DNA of 49,885 bases from an uncultured Acidimicrobiales bacterium (GTDB lineage: Bacteria > Actinomycetota > Acidimicrobiia > Acidimicrobiales > SHLQ01): NCBI GenBank assembly GCA_964445255.1, contig CAYUKM010000001.1:1-49885 (forward strand). Reading direction: 5' to 3'. The notes beneath the pieces are model-generated. The model did no database searches and was not told the origin of the DNA. It saw only the letters and a list, made by a program, of their open reading frames with translations. The position numbers were made by a program, and so were the translations under genes. Positions 19,699 to 29,165 of this stretch are shown here, in pieces. Position 1 is the stretch's first letter. Each line of letters opens with the position of its first letter.

Positions 19699-19752
19699 CA
19701 CAAGTCGAGCGCTCAGCCGTCGCCATTGAAGTCGACGGAAGCGCTGCTTGTG
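19699..19752 (+). terminator. Long segmented hairpin downstream of hsp20 (no U-tail)
   Basis: CACAAG-tcg-AGCGCT-cag-CCGTCG [10-nt loop] CGACGG-a-AGCGCT-g-CTTGTG, starting 13 nt after the stop. Confidence 0.35.
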
Positions 19753-19794
19753 GTGGCACCCGAGCCGCCTACTTCAATGCAGGACGCGTTAGGC

Positions 19795-19840
19795 AAAATG
19801 TTGCGCTCGCGACGGTCTCGTCGCTTTACGAGCGCAACAT
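19795..19840 (-). terminator. Intrinsic terminator candidate for greA
   Basis: 12-bp stem (19829..19840 pairs with 19798..19809) with an inner 5-bp hairpin. On the minus strand it is followed by UUUUG. It starts 21 nt after the greA stop. Confidence 0.5.
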
Positions 19841-19861
19841 GAAAGAGATTGTCGGAACGAA

Positions 19862-20329
19862 TCAGTCGACGCAGACGACGTCCACTGAGACCGAACGCCC
19901 ATCTGGGGTTGTGAAAGAGACGGTGTCGCCTGCCTTGGCGCCAGCGAGGGCCGCACCCAGCGGAGAGTCCGGGGTGAGGTCAGTCGTCTCGTCGCGACGC
20001 TCTTCGATCGATCCGTACAAGAACGTCTCGGTCTTTTCTTCGCCCTCGTAGCAAATCTCGACGAGTGCGCCGGTGTGGACGGTGCCATCGTGCGACGGCT
20101 CGACGATTACCGCCTTGTCAAGGGTTCGAGTCAAGAACTCGATACGCCCTTCGAGCGCGCTCTGCTCGTATTTGGCGGCCCTGAAGTCGCCGTTGTCGTC
20201 GGTGTCGACCTCATCTCGGGCAGCTTCTAGCGCTGCAGCCATTTCGATTCGGCCGCGACCGCTGAGGTCATCTAGTTCAGCGCTAAGTCGGTCGTGGGTT
20301 GCTTGGGTTAATTCCGTGCTCGAAGCCAT
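19862..20329 (-). CDS. greA: Transcription elongation factor GreA
   Basis: A 155-aa product from ATG 20329 (MASSTELTQATHDRLSAELDDL...) fits GreA length and coiled-coil/FKBP-like layout. The longer track ORF adds an Arg/Pro-rich non-conserved extension. Confidence 0.8.
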   Translation of the reverse strand: MASSTELTQATHDRLSAELDDLSGRGRIEMAAALEAARDEVDTDDNGDFRAAKYEQSALEGRIEFLTRTLDKAVIVEPSHDGTVHTGALVEICYEGEEKTETFLYGSIEERRDETTDLTPDSPLGAALAGAKAGDTVSFTTPDGRSVSVDVVCVD

Positions 20330-20411
20330 AGAGGCAGGATATCTCGGTGGACGGCCGCGTCGGTCCTTCGATGTGTCCGGTCTTCTAATTTGTGGTGGCC
20401 AACGACGGGCG

Positions 20412-20993
20412 CTAATCAACCGGGGGCTGTAGCTCGATGCCCGCAACGACTGCGGGTTCGCCATAGGCGACTGCCAAGGACTCAACGGTTTCGTGGGCGT
20501 TCAATCCCGACGGGTTGGGCACGACCCACAGTCGGCTGCCCTCAAAGCCGTCGGATTGTTCGCCCATGACGCCCTTGGGCTTCTTGAACGCGGTTCGATA
20601 CGCGGTGATCCCCGCAATGGCGACGACGGCGGGCTGCTGGGTGGCGACGAGTGTTCGAAGCTGCTCCCCTCCTTCACGCAACTCCGTAGTCGACAGCTCC
20701 GATGCCTTGGCCGTGGCGCGGTGCACAACGTTGGAGATGCCGATCCCACGAGAGATCAGGTGGCGCCGGTCGTCGACGCTCATGCCCGCACCCCGATCGA
20801 TGGTTCGGGTGATGACCCCGGCTCGGGTGAGGGCCGGGTAGAAGCGATTTCCCGGGTGCGAGAAATGAGTTTGGGTGGCCGCAGTCCACAACCCGGGGTT
20901 AATTCCTACGATCAACAGCTTCAACCCCGGCCCCAACAGATCGGGCACGGTGGCGTCGCGGAACGACTCAAGCTCTTCGCGAGTGAATCCCAT
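20412..20993 (-). CDS. mug: G/U mismatch-specific DNA glycosylase (Mug, UDG family 2)
   Basis: LLIVGINPGLWTAATQTHFSHPGNRFY motif and 193-aa length. Confidence 0.7.
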   Translation of the reverse strand: MGFTREELESFRDATVPDLLGPGLKLLIVGINPGLWTAATQTHFSHPGNRFYPALTRAGVITRTIDRGAGMSVDDRRHLISRGIGISNVVHRATAKASELSTTELREGGEQLRTLVATQQPAVVAIAGITAYRTAFKKPKGVMGEQSDGFEGSRLWVVPNPSGLNAHETVESLAVAYGEPAVVAGIELQPPVD

Positions 20994-21047
20994 CGACAGA
21001 AGTCTTACCCGAGATCGTCACATACGTCGAAGAGCGTCGACGCGTAG

Positions 21048-23003
21048 CTAGATGAGCAGCGAATCGGTCGTTACCTCGACAAGCGATGGCCCGCGATGTT
21101 GGAGTGCAGCGTCGAAGGTCGACTTGAGATCGCCCAGCTCGGTGACCCGGAAACCTTTCACCCCACAGAGCTCCGCCATGGCCGCAAAATCTGGGTTCAC
21201 TAAGTGTGTCTCCCACACCTCCCATTCGGCCGTCCGCTGTTCCTTGGAGATCTTGCCGAGCTCGTTGTTGTTCATCACGATGTGGGTGATATTCATGTCG
21301 TACTTTGCGAGCGTCGTCAGTTCCATGGCGTACTGGCCGAAGCCGCCATCACCGCTGATGCTGACCACCTGGCGATTATCGCCGACGGCGGCCCACGCTC
21401 CCATTGCCGCGGGAAGCGCAAAACCAATCGAGCCGAGGTAGCCCGACATCAGAACGTCTTGACCGGCCTTCGATTCGAAATAGCGTCCGAACGCATAGGT
21501 ATTGTTGCCAACATCGATTGCGATCACCGCGTCGTCGTCGACACCTTCAGCTAGGGCAGCCATCACTGCGGCCGAGTTGATTCCCTTACCGTGGTCGTCG
21601 AGTTCGCGTCGCGCTTTTTCTTTGTGCCAGATCGCCCAGCGTTCTGCAAGCTCATCGCGCATATCGATGCAACTCCGCTCGCTTGGGAGTCCAGCCAACA
21701 TTTCCTTTGCCGTAACGGCAACGTGGCCTTGCAGCGGAAGGTCGACCGGATGGAACCGACCGAGCGCCATTGGATCGGTGTCGACCTGAATGACTGGCTT
21801 GTACTCGGCGATGCCGGTGTGGTTGGAGAAGCTTGCACCGAACACGACAATCAAATCGGACTCGTTCATAAACCAGCTCGCAACCGGTGTTCCTGAACGT
21901 CCAAGAACACCGCAGCCGATCGGTTCGTCGTCGCCGATGATGCCCTTTGCCTTGAACGTCGTCGCGATCGGCGCACCGATCTCTTCGCCCAACGCCCGCA
22001 CTTCGTCCATGTGGCCACGGGCACCGTCGCCAACGATGATGAGCGGGCGCTCCGAGGCCGCGAGCATATCTATTGCCCGGTCGAGTTCTGACTTGGGTGG
22101 CGAAATCTCGTTCAGGCCGGTGCGCCCGTCGGGCTTGCCGGCTTCGGTGTCTTCGTCGACGGGAAGGAATTGGACTTCGTCGGGGAAGATCAGGTGCGCC
22201 ACCTTGTTCTCGACGATGGCGGTCTTCATGGCAAGCGTCGCCAGCTCGGCGTGATTTGATCCAGCGTGCACGGTCTCACTGAACGCGGCAACTGCCGCAA
22301 AGGCGGCTTCAAGATCGGTGTCTTGGAACGCACCGCGGCCCTTTACCTTCGACGGGACTTGCCCACTCAACGCAATCACCGGCGCACGATCTTCTTTGGC
22401 GTCGAAGAGACCGGTGAGAAGGTTCGTCGAGCCAGGACCCGCAATGCCAAAACAAGCCGCTGGGATTCCGGTTAGCTTGCCATAGGCCTTTGCCGCAAAA
22501 GAGGCAGCGCCTTCGTGGCGAATACCGATGAAGGTCAGTGCTCCCCTCTCTTCAGCCTTGCGCATGGCGTCGGCGAGCCCCAGATTTGAATGACCGACCA
22601 TGCCGAACACGTGGGTCATGCCCCAGTTCACCATGGTGTCGACCATCACATCGGACACCGTTCGTTCGAGGGGCGGTTCGGGGGGAAGTGCTACCCAAAC
22701 CTCGGTCTCGCGTACCTCGGTCGTGAAGCATGCGGGAGCGTCGGAGAACCCGCCCGGGGGCTTTCCGTCGATTGGTGAGTAGTCATACCCGTGCCATGGG
22801 CAGCGCAGCCAACCGTTTTCGATCGATCCCTCACCGAGCGGACCTCCCTGGTGTGGGCAGGCGTTGTCGACGCAGCCCCATTGGCCTTCGTATTTGCTCA
22901 CGGCGAAGGTTCGACGACCAATAGCCACGGTGGTCACTCGACCTTCGTCGAGTTCATCGGTTCCGATCAACCGATGCCACTCCAGCTCGTTGTTGTTGCT
23001 CAT
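21048..23003 (-). CDS. Rieske [2Fe-2S] domain fused to a pyruvate-oxidase/acetolactate-synthase-type TPP enzyme
   Basis: N-terminal CPHQGGPL...CPWHGYDY (CxH..CxxH). This is followed by TPP_N (VFGMVGHSNLGLADA), a middle domain, and TPP_C with GDGGFGQYAMELTTLAKYDMNITHIVMNNN. ATG 23003 is preceded by GGAG. Confidence 0.75.
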   Translation of the reverse strand: MSNNNELEWHRLIGTDELDEGRVTTVAIGRRTFAVSKYEGQWGCVDNACPHQGGPLGEGSIENGWLRCPWHGYDYSPIDGKPPGGFSDAPACFTTEVRETEVWVALPPEPPLERTVSDVMVDTMVNWGMTHVFGMVGHSNLGLADAMRKAEERGALTFIGIRHEGAASFAAKAYGKLTGIPAACFGIAGPGSTNLLTGLFDAKEDRAPVIALSGQVPSKVKGRGAFQDTDLEAAFAAVAAFSETVHAGSNHAELATLAMKTAIVENKVAHLIFPDEVQFLPVDEDTEAGKPDGRTGLNEISPPKSELDRAIDMLAASERPLIIVGDGARGHMDEVRALGEEIGAPIATTFKAKGIIGDDEPIGCGVLGRSGTPVASWFMNESDLIVVFGASFSNHTGIAEYKPVIQVDTDPMALGRFHPVDLPLQGHVAVTAKEMLAGLPSERSCIDMRDELAERWAIWHKEKARRELDDHGKGINSAAVMAALAEGVDDDAVIAIDVGNNTYAFGRYFESKAGQDVLMSGYLGSIGFALPAAMGAWAAVGDNRQVVSISGDGGFGQYAMELTTLAKYDMNITHIVMNNNELGKISKEQRTAEWEVWETHLVNPDFAAMAELCGVKGFRVTELGDLKSTFDAALQHRGPSLVEVTTDSLLI

Positions 23004-23169
23004 GTGCTCCCCTGAAGGCTCTCTAAATGCAGGTAACAGCATGGCACATACCGGTTGCGGAACCCGCCACGCGGACGCCACCGACGAAAACGGGTGTCTC
23101 GCTAACGTGATCGTTGAGCACACCGCATAGGATCCATTACTCGGAAACGAGGGAAACGAGAGATTTCAC

Positions 23170-24834
23170 ATGCCCACGAATCGAGAGGTCGAGACACTGT
23201 TGCGAGGCCGAGAGCTCCTTGCTGAGTCTCGCTTGAACAAGGGGACCGCTTTCAGCGCGGACGAACGAATCCAGTTCGGGCTCGAAGGCCTCCTGCCCGA
23301 ACAAGTTGAGGATATTGACAAACAACTCGCACGTGCCCGGGTGGAATTCGATCGACTCCACAACGACTTGGAACGTCACGTTTTCCTTCGCGCCATCCAA
23401 GACTCCAACGAGGTGCTGTTCTACCGGTTCATCCAAGACAACCTGATCGACACCCTCCCCATCGTGTACACCCCGACCGTCGGTCTCGCCACCCAGGAAT
23501 ACAGCCGCATCTTCCGCCGCCCGCGTGGCCTATTCCTGACCTACCCACAGCGCGACCGTATGCAAGCGCAGATCGATGCCATCGACCTTGAGCCCGATGT
23601 GGTCGTGGTAACCGACGGCGAACGCATTCTGGGTCTCGGTGACCAAGGTGCTGGCGGAATGGCAATCCCTGTCGGAAAGCTCAGTCTCTACAGCGCGTTC
23701 GGCGGTATCGATCCGTCCAAGACGCTGCCGATCATGCTCGATGTCGGAACCAACAACCCCGACCTGCTCAACGATGAGTTCTACCTCGGTTGGCGTCACG
23801 AACGTATCGACGACGACGAGTACTTGTCGTTCGTCGAACAATTTGTGACGACGCTAAACAAGCGCTGCCCCACCGTGCTCTTGCAATGGGAAGACTTCGC
23901 CGAACGCAACGCCACGCGTCTGCTGCGCACCTACCGCGACCGGCTGCTGACATTCAACGACGACATCCAAGGAACCGCTGCAGTTGCTCTCGCCGCAATC
24001 TGGTCGGCGGTCCGCTCCAAGGACGCCAAGCTCTCGGACCAGGTCTTCTGTATCGCGGGTGCTGGATCCGCGGGCACCGGAATCGCTGGCATCATCCGCG
24101 ATGCCTTGGTTGCCGAAGGGGTCGAGAATCCTCTTGGCCACTTGTTCCTTCTTGATAGGGACGGCCTGATCCACGATGGCCGCGACGACCTGAAGCCACA
24201 TCAAGTGGACTTAGCGCAACCGTTTGCCGCGGTGGCCGACTGGGCCGGCCAGCCAAACGGCCTCGCTGAGGTCGTTTCACATTCGGGCGCGACCGTCCTC
24301 GTGGGCGTGACCGGTCAGCCGAACACCTTCACGAAACCCATCATTTCGTCGATGCTCGAAGCTACCGACAAGCCGATCGTGATGCCGCTGTCGAACCCGA
24401 CAAGCCGAGCCGAAGCCACCCCGGTCGACTTGTTCGACTGGACCGACGGAAACGTCATCGTGGCCACCGGAAGTCCCTTTGATGACGTCGAGTACAACGG
24501 AACAAAGCACCGTATCTCGCAGTCAAACAACGTCTATGTCTTCCCAGGGCTCGGCCTCGGTGCAATCGCAGCGAACGCGACCGCCGTCAGCGACAAGATG
24601 TTGATGACCGCGGCAGAGACCGTGTCAAAGCGCTCGTCGCGGACCGCTGTTGAAGCCGGCATCCTCCCAGATTTGGAAGATGTGCACGACCTCAGCGCAG
24701 AGATCGCCGCTGCGGTTGCACAGGTAGCTATCGAAGAAGGCCTGGCACCGCCGATGTCACCCGAGCAGATCGTCGAACGCATCGCCGAATACAGTTGGCT
24801 ACCGCAGTACCCGACCATCACGCCAGCAAGCTAG
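23170..24834 (+). CDS. NAD(P)-dependent malic enzyme
   Basis: 554 aa with VVVTDGERILGLGDQGAGGMAIPVGKLSLY and the dinucleotide site IAGAGSAGTGIA. Confidence 0.88.
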   Translation: MPTNREVETLLRGRELLAESRLNKGTAFSADERIQFGLEGLLPEQVEDIDKQLARARVEFDRLHNDLERHVFLRAIQDSNEVLFYRFIQDNLIDTLPIVYTPTVGLATQEYSRIFRRPRGLFLTYPQRDRMQAQIDAIDLEPDVVVVTDGERILGLGDQGAGGMAIPVGKLSLYSAFGGIDPSKTLPIMLDVGTNNPDLLNDEFYLGWRHERIDDDEYLSFVEQFVTTLNKRCPTVLLQWEDFAERNATRLLRTYRDRLLTFNDDIQGTAAVALAAIWSAVRSKDAKLSDQVFCIAGAGSAGTGIAGIIRDALVAEGVENPLGHLFLLDRDGLIHDGRDDLKPHQVDLAQPFAAVADWAGQPNGLAEVVSHSGATVLVGVTGQPNTFTKPIISSMLEATDKPIVMPLSNPTSRAEATPVDLFDWTDGNVIVATGSPFDDVEYNGTKHRISQSNNVYVFPGLGLGAIAANATAVSDKMLMTAAETVSKRSSRTAVEAGILPDLEDVHDLSAEIAAAVAQVAIEEGLAPPMSPEQIVERIAEYSWLPQYPTITPAS

Positions 24835-24840
24835 ATCGGT

Positions 24841-24880
24841 GGGGTTGCAACTCAATGAGTTGGATTGCAGCCCCATTTCG
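24841..24880 (+). terminator. Intrinsic terminator candidate after malic enzyme
   Basis: GGGGTTGCAA (24841..24850) pairs with TTGCAGCCCC (24865..24874), one G.U pair, followed by ATTTCG. It starts 7 nt after the stop. Confidence 0.5.
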
Positions 24881-24923
24881 CCCGATTGGCGTTGAAACGA
24901 GCTAACGCTAAATGCGGGCTGCG

Positions 24924-25208
24924 TTATTCGCCCAGGATGCGTGGAAGCATGTCAGCTGCGTACTTCTTTGGCCAGTCAGGGTTGTCGTCTACTGGGTAGT
25001 CGATGTTGGCCTGGACGAGCATTTGCGTCAGGTCGCTTCGCGTCGGAAGATTCTCGACGAGGTCGAACAGCTGTGCTTGAAGGACCGGCGCGTACCACGT
25101 TGCCCATTCTGGGTCGACGCCATCGGATGCCATGTATGCCCGGTGGTGGCTGTGGCCGGTCTTCATAATCAGACCAGCAAGGTCTTCGATGGTCAGCGTG
25201 TTAGCCAT
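24924..25208 (-). CDS. Hypothetical protein (94 aa)
   Basis: ATG start, coding-like composition, last gene of the minus-strand cluster. No motif recognised. Confidence 0.4.
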   Translation of the reverse strand: MANTLTIEDLAGLIMKTGHSHHRAYMASDGVDPEWATWYAPVLQAQLFDLVENLPTRSDLTQMLVQANIDYPVDDNPDWPKKYAADMLPRILGE

Positions 25209-25318
25209 TTTGGTGGATCACTTTCATTAGGTGCAGCGGCTCTCGCTACAACTTGATTGAGACTACGCCTATCCATGGGCTCAGAACGTTACAAATTGAA
25301 CCCGAATTGATCGAGACC

Positions 25319-26707
25319 TTAGGAATGATCCCCGAGTTCGCCTATGTCCGCGACCATGTCGATGACCCGGCCTGCTTCAGCAATCACCTCATCGACCTGT
25401 TCGCCAGCGTGACCCAGATAGTTTTTCGGATCTAGCGCGTCGACCGCGTGTGGCGCTAGGTCTCGCACAACTTCATCGAACGTTGACCCGGTTGTGGCGA
25501 CCGTTTGCACCATGTCGGCAACCTTGTCGTGTGCTACTTGGCGCCCGAGCTCGCGTGCGAGCGACATCATGACCGCTTCGGCCATGATTGCGCCACCGGT
25601 CTTGCCAAGGTTTTCTTGCATTGCAGCGGTGTTAACTTCTAAACCTTCGATGAGTCGGCGCGCAGCATCTATGGCTCCACCGGCAACCGCGATCGAAGGT
25701 GCGACCGAATTCCACTCGAGTGCCCATGCAGCGGTTGCTCGATCGTGGTCGGCCATGGCGCCGTCAAGCGCTAGGTCGAGGTAGGAGCGGGTGAGTCGAC
25801 TTGCTCGCATCAACTGCTGGGAGAGGATCGGGTTGCGCTTTTGAGGCATTGTGCTCGACGTCCCGCCGCCGGCAATCCGGGCTTCGGCTAACTCGCCCAA
25901 CTCGGTTTGGGCGCTCAGAGCGACGTCATGACCAATCTTGGAGATCGAGGACGACACTTGGGCCGACCAAGCAACGACTTCAACAATGCGGTCACGGCCC
26001 GAGTGCCAAGTGATTAGCGGGTCACTGAGTTCGAGGATCTCGGCCATTGCCTTGCGGACGGCGAGGCCGTCGGGTGCGATCGAAGCAATGGTTCCGACAG
26101 CTCCACCGAACTGCACCGCTTCGACGCGCTGACGAAGCTGTGCAAGCCGCTCCATATGACGCAACAGCGGGCTGAGCCAACCCGCAACCCGATACCCAAA
26201 GGTGGTCGGAACGGCTTGTTGCATTTGGCTTCGGCCAGCCATGGGTGTGTCTCGGTATTTCGCGGCAAGCCTGGCAAGCGCCCGAACCAGCAACGCGAGA
26301 TCAACCATGATCTCGCTTAATGCCTCTCTGATCTGTAGCACCAGCGCCGTGTCCATGATGTCTTGGGTCGTGGCACCCCAATGGGCCCACTGTCCAAGAT
26401 CGTTCGGGACGACCTCGACGATTTGTTGGATCAACCCAACCACCGGGTAGCCAACAATGGTCATCTGGTCGGCGAGCCTCGTGAAGTCGAGATCGTCGAC
26501 CGTTACCTTTGCAATTGCAACTGCAGCTTCACGTGGGATGAGCCCGAGGTCGGCTTGGGCTGTGGCCAAGGCTGTCTCGACTTCGAGGTACCGCTCGATC
26601 AGGCAGCGTTCACCCAGGATAGAGCGCAACTCATCGGTGGTGTGCAAGACACCAGACACGTCAGAGTCAAGCGCTGAGAGTGCTTGACGGTGCAGGTGTT
26701 CTGACAT
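25319..26707 (-). CDS. Class II lyase (adenylosuccinate lyase / 3-carboxy-cis,cis-muconate cycloisomerase family)
   Basis: 462 aa with the GGTSSTMPQKRNP signature loop. The ATG directly abuts the TAG of the upstream TPP enzyme gene. Confidence 0.7.
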   Translation of the reverse strand: MSEHLHRQALSALDSDVSGVLHTTDELRSILGERCLIERYLEVETALATAQADLGLIPREAAVAIAKVTVDDLDFTRLADQMTIVGYPVVGLIQQIVEVVPNDLGQWAHWGATTQDIMDTALVLQIREALSEIMVDLALLVRALARLAAKYRDTPMAGRSQMQQAVPTTFGYRVAGWLSPLLRHMERLAQLRQRVEAVQFGGAVGTIASIAPDGLAVRKAMAEILELSDPLITWHSGRDRIVEVVAWSAQVSSSISKIGHDVALSAQTELGELAEARIAGGGTSSTMPQKRNPILSQQLMRASRLTRSYLDLALDGAMADHDRATAAWALEWNSVAPSIAVAGGAIDAARRLIEGLEVNTAAMQENLGKTGGAIMAEAVMMSLARELGRQVAHDKVADMVQTVATTGSTFDEVVRDLAPHAVDALDPKNYLGHAGEQVDEVIAEAGRVIDMVADIGELGDHS

Positions 26708-28372
26708 CTACGCTCCGACGACCGAGTTGCAGTCAATGGCCTTCATGGCGGCCATGAGCTTTGCATTTTCGCTGTAGTCCACCGGCACGTCGATCACGTG
26801 CACCCCGCCAGCATCGGCTGCCTTTTGCAACGCGTCGGCGAGGCCTGCGGCACTATCGACTCGCGTACCGGTCGAACCAAACGCTGTGGCGTAGGAAATG
26901 ATGTCCGGGTTGGTGAACTCAACCCCGTGGACGGCGTTGCCCATCGCTTCCTGTTTGAGTTGGATCATTCCGAGCGCGCCATCGTTGAAGATCACCACGG
27001 TGAGGTCGAGCCCGAGGCGCACCGCGGTCTCGATCTCCTGGCCGGTCATCATGAAACCACCGTCGCCGACGACAGCGACGACGCGGCGGTCGGGATACAC
27101 CAGCTTGGCTGCGATCGCGGCGGGCACGCCCGTGCCCATCGACCCCAACGCCGAGTCAACCAGAATGGTTCGAGGTGCCAGCGCCGGATAGTTGCGGGTC
27201 ATCCACAACTTATGGATGCCATTGTCCAAACTGATGATGTCTTCAGGACCGAGCGCCTTGCGCACGGTCTGCGCGACGTGCTGTGGCTTGACGATCCCGG
27301 GAGTTGGATCGGTGGGCTCCGCCATCATCGCGCCAACCGCGGCTTTCCGCAGCTTGGCGTAACCGTCGAGCTCCCACGATGCCGCCCCGCTGACGCGCTC
27401 GGTGAGCTCGATCAGAGAGTGCGCCATATCGCCGACCACCTGGTGCTGGGGGAACCAGATCGTGTCCGCGGTGGCGGGTGAGTCATGAATGTGGATCACC
27501 GTTCGAGCGTCGTCGGGCTTCATGATGAACGGCGATTTTTCGATCACGTTATGACCCACGCTCACCACAAGGTCGCTGTGTTGCACCGCGCAATGCGGGA
27601 TCCCCATTCCGGGCATTCCCGCGGAACCCAAGAACTGGTCGCTCATCTCGTCGCCGACACCCTTGCCCATCATCGTGCAAATGAAGGGGATACCGGTTGC
27701 GGACAGAAAGTTCCGCACCGCCGCTGGCACGGCTTGGCGAGCGTTCGCGCTGGCGCCAAGGAGCACCAATGGCCGCTTGGCTTCTTGCAACAGGGTTGCT
27801 GCCGTGGCCATCGATGCCTCCGTCGCCAGTGCCGGGTCAGCTCGACCGATCTCGAGCAACGGGTGGATTCCCGCTGGTTCGCCAGACACATCCACCGGCA
27901 ATTCGAGATGTACCGGACCTTGCGGATACTCGAGCGCGACGTGGATTGCTTCTGCGATCAGGCCTGGGAGCGCCGCGGCCGATGGGACCGACGCCGACAT
28001 CTTCGTGATGGGCGTCATGAGGTCGACGACATCGACCAGCTGATACTTGCCCTGCATATTGTCGAGAATTGGCTTTTGGCCCGTGAGCACCAACATCGGC
28101 GACTCGGCCAACCAGGCGTGAGCAACCGGCGTCGCCAGATTGGTAGCCCCCGCCCCGAGCGTCGACATGGCAACGGCGAGCCCGCCCGTGAGGTGGCCAT
28201 GGGCCGCAGCCATGAAACCGGCTGCGCCTTCGTGGCGGGTCAAAACGAAGCTCACCTGGTCGGAGTTCGCTACCGCTTCAACGAAGGGAAGGTTCTCATC
28301 ACCGGGCAGACCAAAGACGTACGAGACTCCCTCTTTTTCGAGGGCTTCGAGTAACTGCTGTGCTGTATTCAT
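26708..28372 (-). CDS. Acetolactate-synthase-like TPP-dependent enzyme
   Basis: N-terminal VSYVFGLPGDENLPF, and GDGGFMMTGQEIETAVRLGLDLTVVIFNDG (GDG..N TPP motif). The likely start ATG 28372 (MNTAQQLL) lies 4 nt after the RraA stop. Confidence 0.8.
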   Translation of the reverse strand: MNTAQQLLEALEKEGVSYVFGLPGDENLPFVEAVANSDQVSFVLTRHEGAAGFMAAAHGHLTGGLAVAMSTLGAGATNLATPVAHAWLAESPMLVLTGQKPILDNMQGKYQLVDVVDLMTPITKMSASVPSAAALPGLIAEAIHVALEYPQGPVHLELPVDVSGEPAGIHPLLEIGRADPALATEASMATAATLLQEAKRPLVLLGASANARQAVPAAVRNFLSATGIPFICTMMGKGVGDEMSDQFLGSAGMPGMGIPHCAVQHSDLVVSVGHNVIEKSPFIMKPDDARTVIHIHDSPATADTIWFPQHQVVGDMAHSLIELTERVSGAASWELDGYAKLRKAAVGAMMAEPTDPTPGIVKPQHVAQTVRKALGPEDIISLDNGIHKLWMTRNYPALAPRTILVDSALGSMGTGVPAAIAAKLVYPDRRVVAVVGDGGFMMTGQEIETAVRLGLDLTVVIFNDGALGMIQLKQEAMGNAVHGVEFTNPDIISYATAFGSTGTRVDSAAGLADALQKAADAGGVHVIDVPVDYSENAKLMAAMKAIDCNSVVGA

Positions 28373-28376
28373 CGGC

Positions 28377-29045
28377 TCAGATCTCCTGGCTTCCACTAAC
28401 AATGACCTCGCCGGGGTCCTCGGCTCGAATCTTCTCGAGCATCTGATGACCCATCTCTTTGATCATCCGAGCGGTCTGGAGGATCTCGTCGGCATTTGAT
28501 GCTGGGATGACCGCGGCACCCGTCGTGTCAGCGAAGATGATGTCGCCGGGAACGACCGTCACCCCGGCGACCTCGACGGGAACATCGGTGACGTAGGGCT
28601 GAATTTCGTTTCCGCCAGCGCGGACCGCTTCACCTCGACAGTAAAAGGCACCCGGAAACTCGGCGAGTTCATCGAAGTCACGCAGTCGACCGTCACACAG
28701 GACTCCAGCGAGGCCGTGGTTGGTGACCCGGGACAGCTTCGTCGACCCACCCAGCGATGCTCCATGGTGACCAGAGGACGACATGACCAAGACTCGGCCC
28801 CCCATCTCGCGCTCACCGAGCGAACGATAGATCGCTGGCCCGAGGCTGTGTTTGTGAAGATCCATCAGGTCGCGGCGCACCGGCAAGAAACCAATGGTCA
28901 CCGCAGGCCCAAACAACACTTTGGATGGGTCCGGAGAAACTAAATCAACGATGTGAGACCGGTGGGCGAACGCCTTGGTCATCGCGTCGATGATGTCGGC
29001 AGTCGCGAGCCCTTCGATAAGGGCTCGGTCTGGTGTCTCGTACAT
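28377..29045 (-). CDS. RraA-family protein (HMG/CHA-aldolase / oxaloacetate decarboxylase-like)
   Basis: GRVLVMSSSGHHGASLGGSTKLSRVTNHGLAGVLCDGRLRD is the RraA-like core. ATG 29045 is preceded by GGGAGA. Confidence 0.65.
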   Translation of the reverse strand: MYETPDRALIEGLATADIIDAMTKAFAHRSHIVDLVSPDPSKVLFGPAVTIGFLPVRRDLMDLHKHSLGPAIYRSLGEREMGGRVLVMSSSGHHGASLGGSTKLSRVTNHGLAGVLCDGRLRDFDELAEFPGAFYCRGEAVRAGGNEIQPYVTDVPVEVAGVTVVPGDIIFADTTGAAVIPASNADEILQTARMIKEMGHQMLEKIRAEDPGEVIVSGSQEI

Positions 29046-29165
29046 GGATCTCCCGAGTTGGTTACTGAGAACGAAGAGTTGACGCCGCGGCGCCAATGAG
29101 ATGGTACAGGTTTGGGTGCTCACTCCGAAGGCTCGTTTTGCACCTCGGATGCCCGGTCGACTTGC

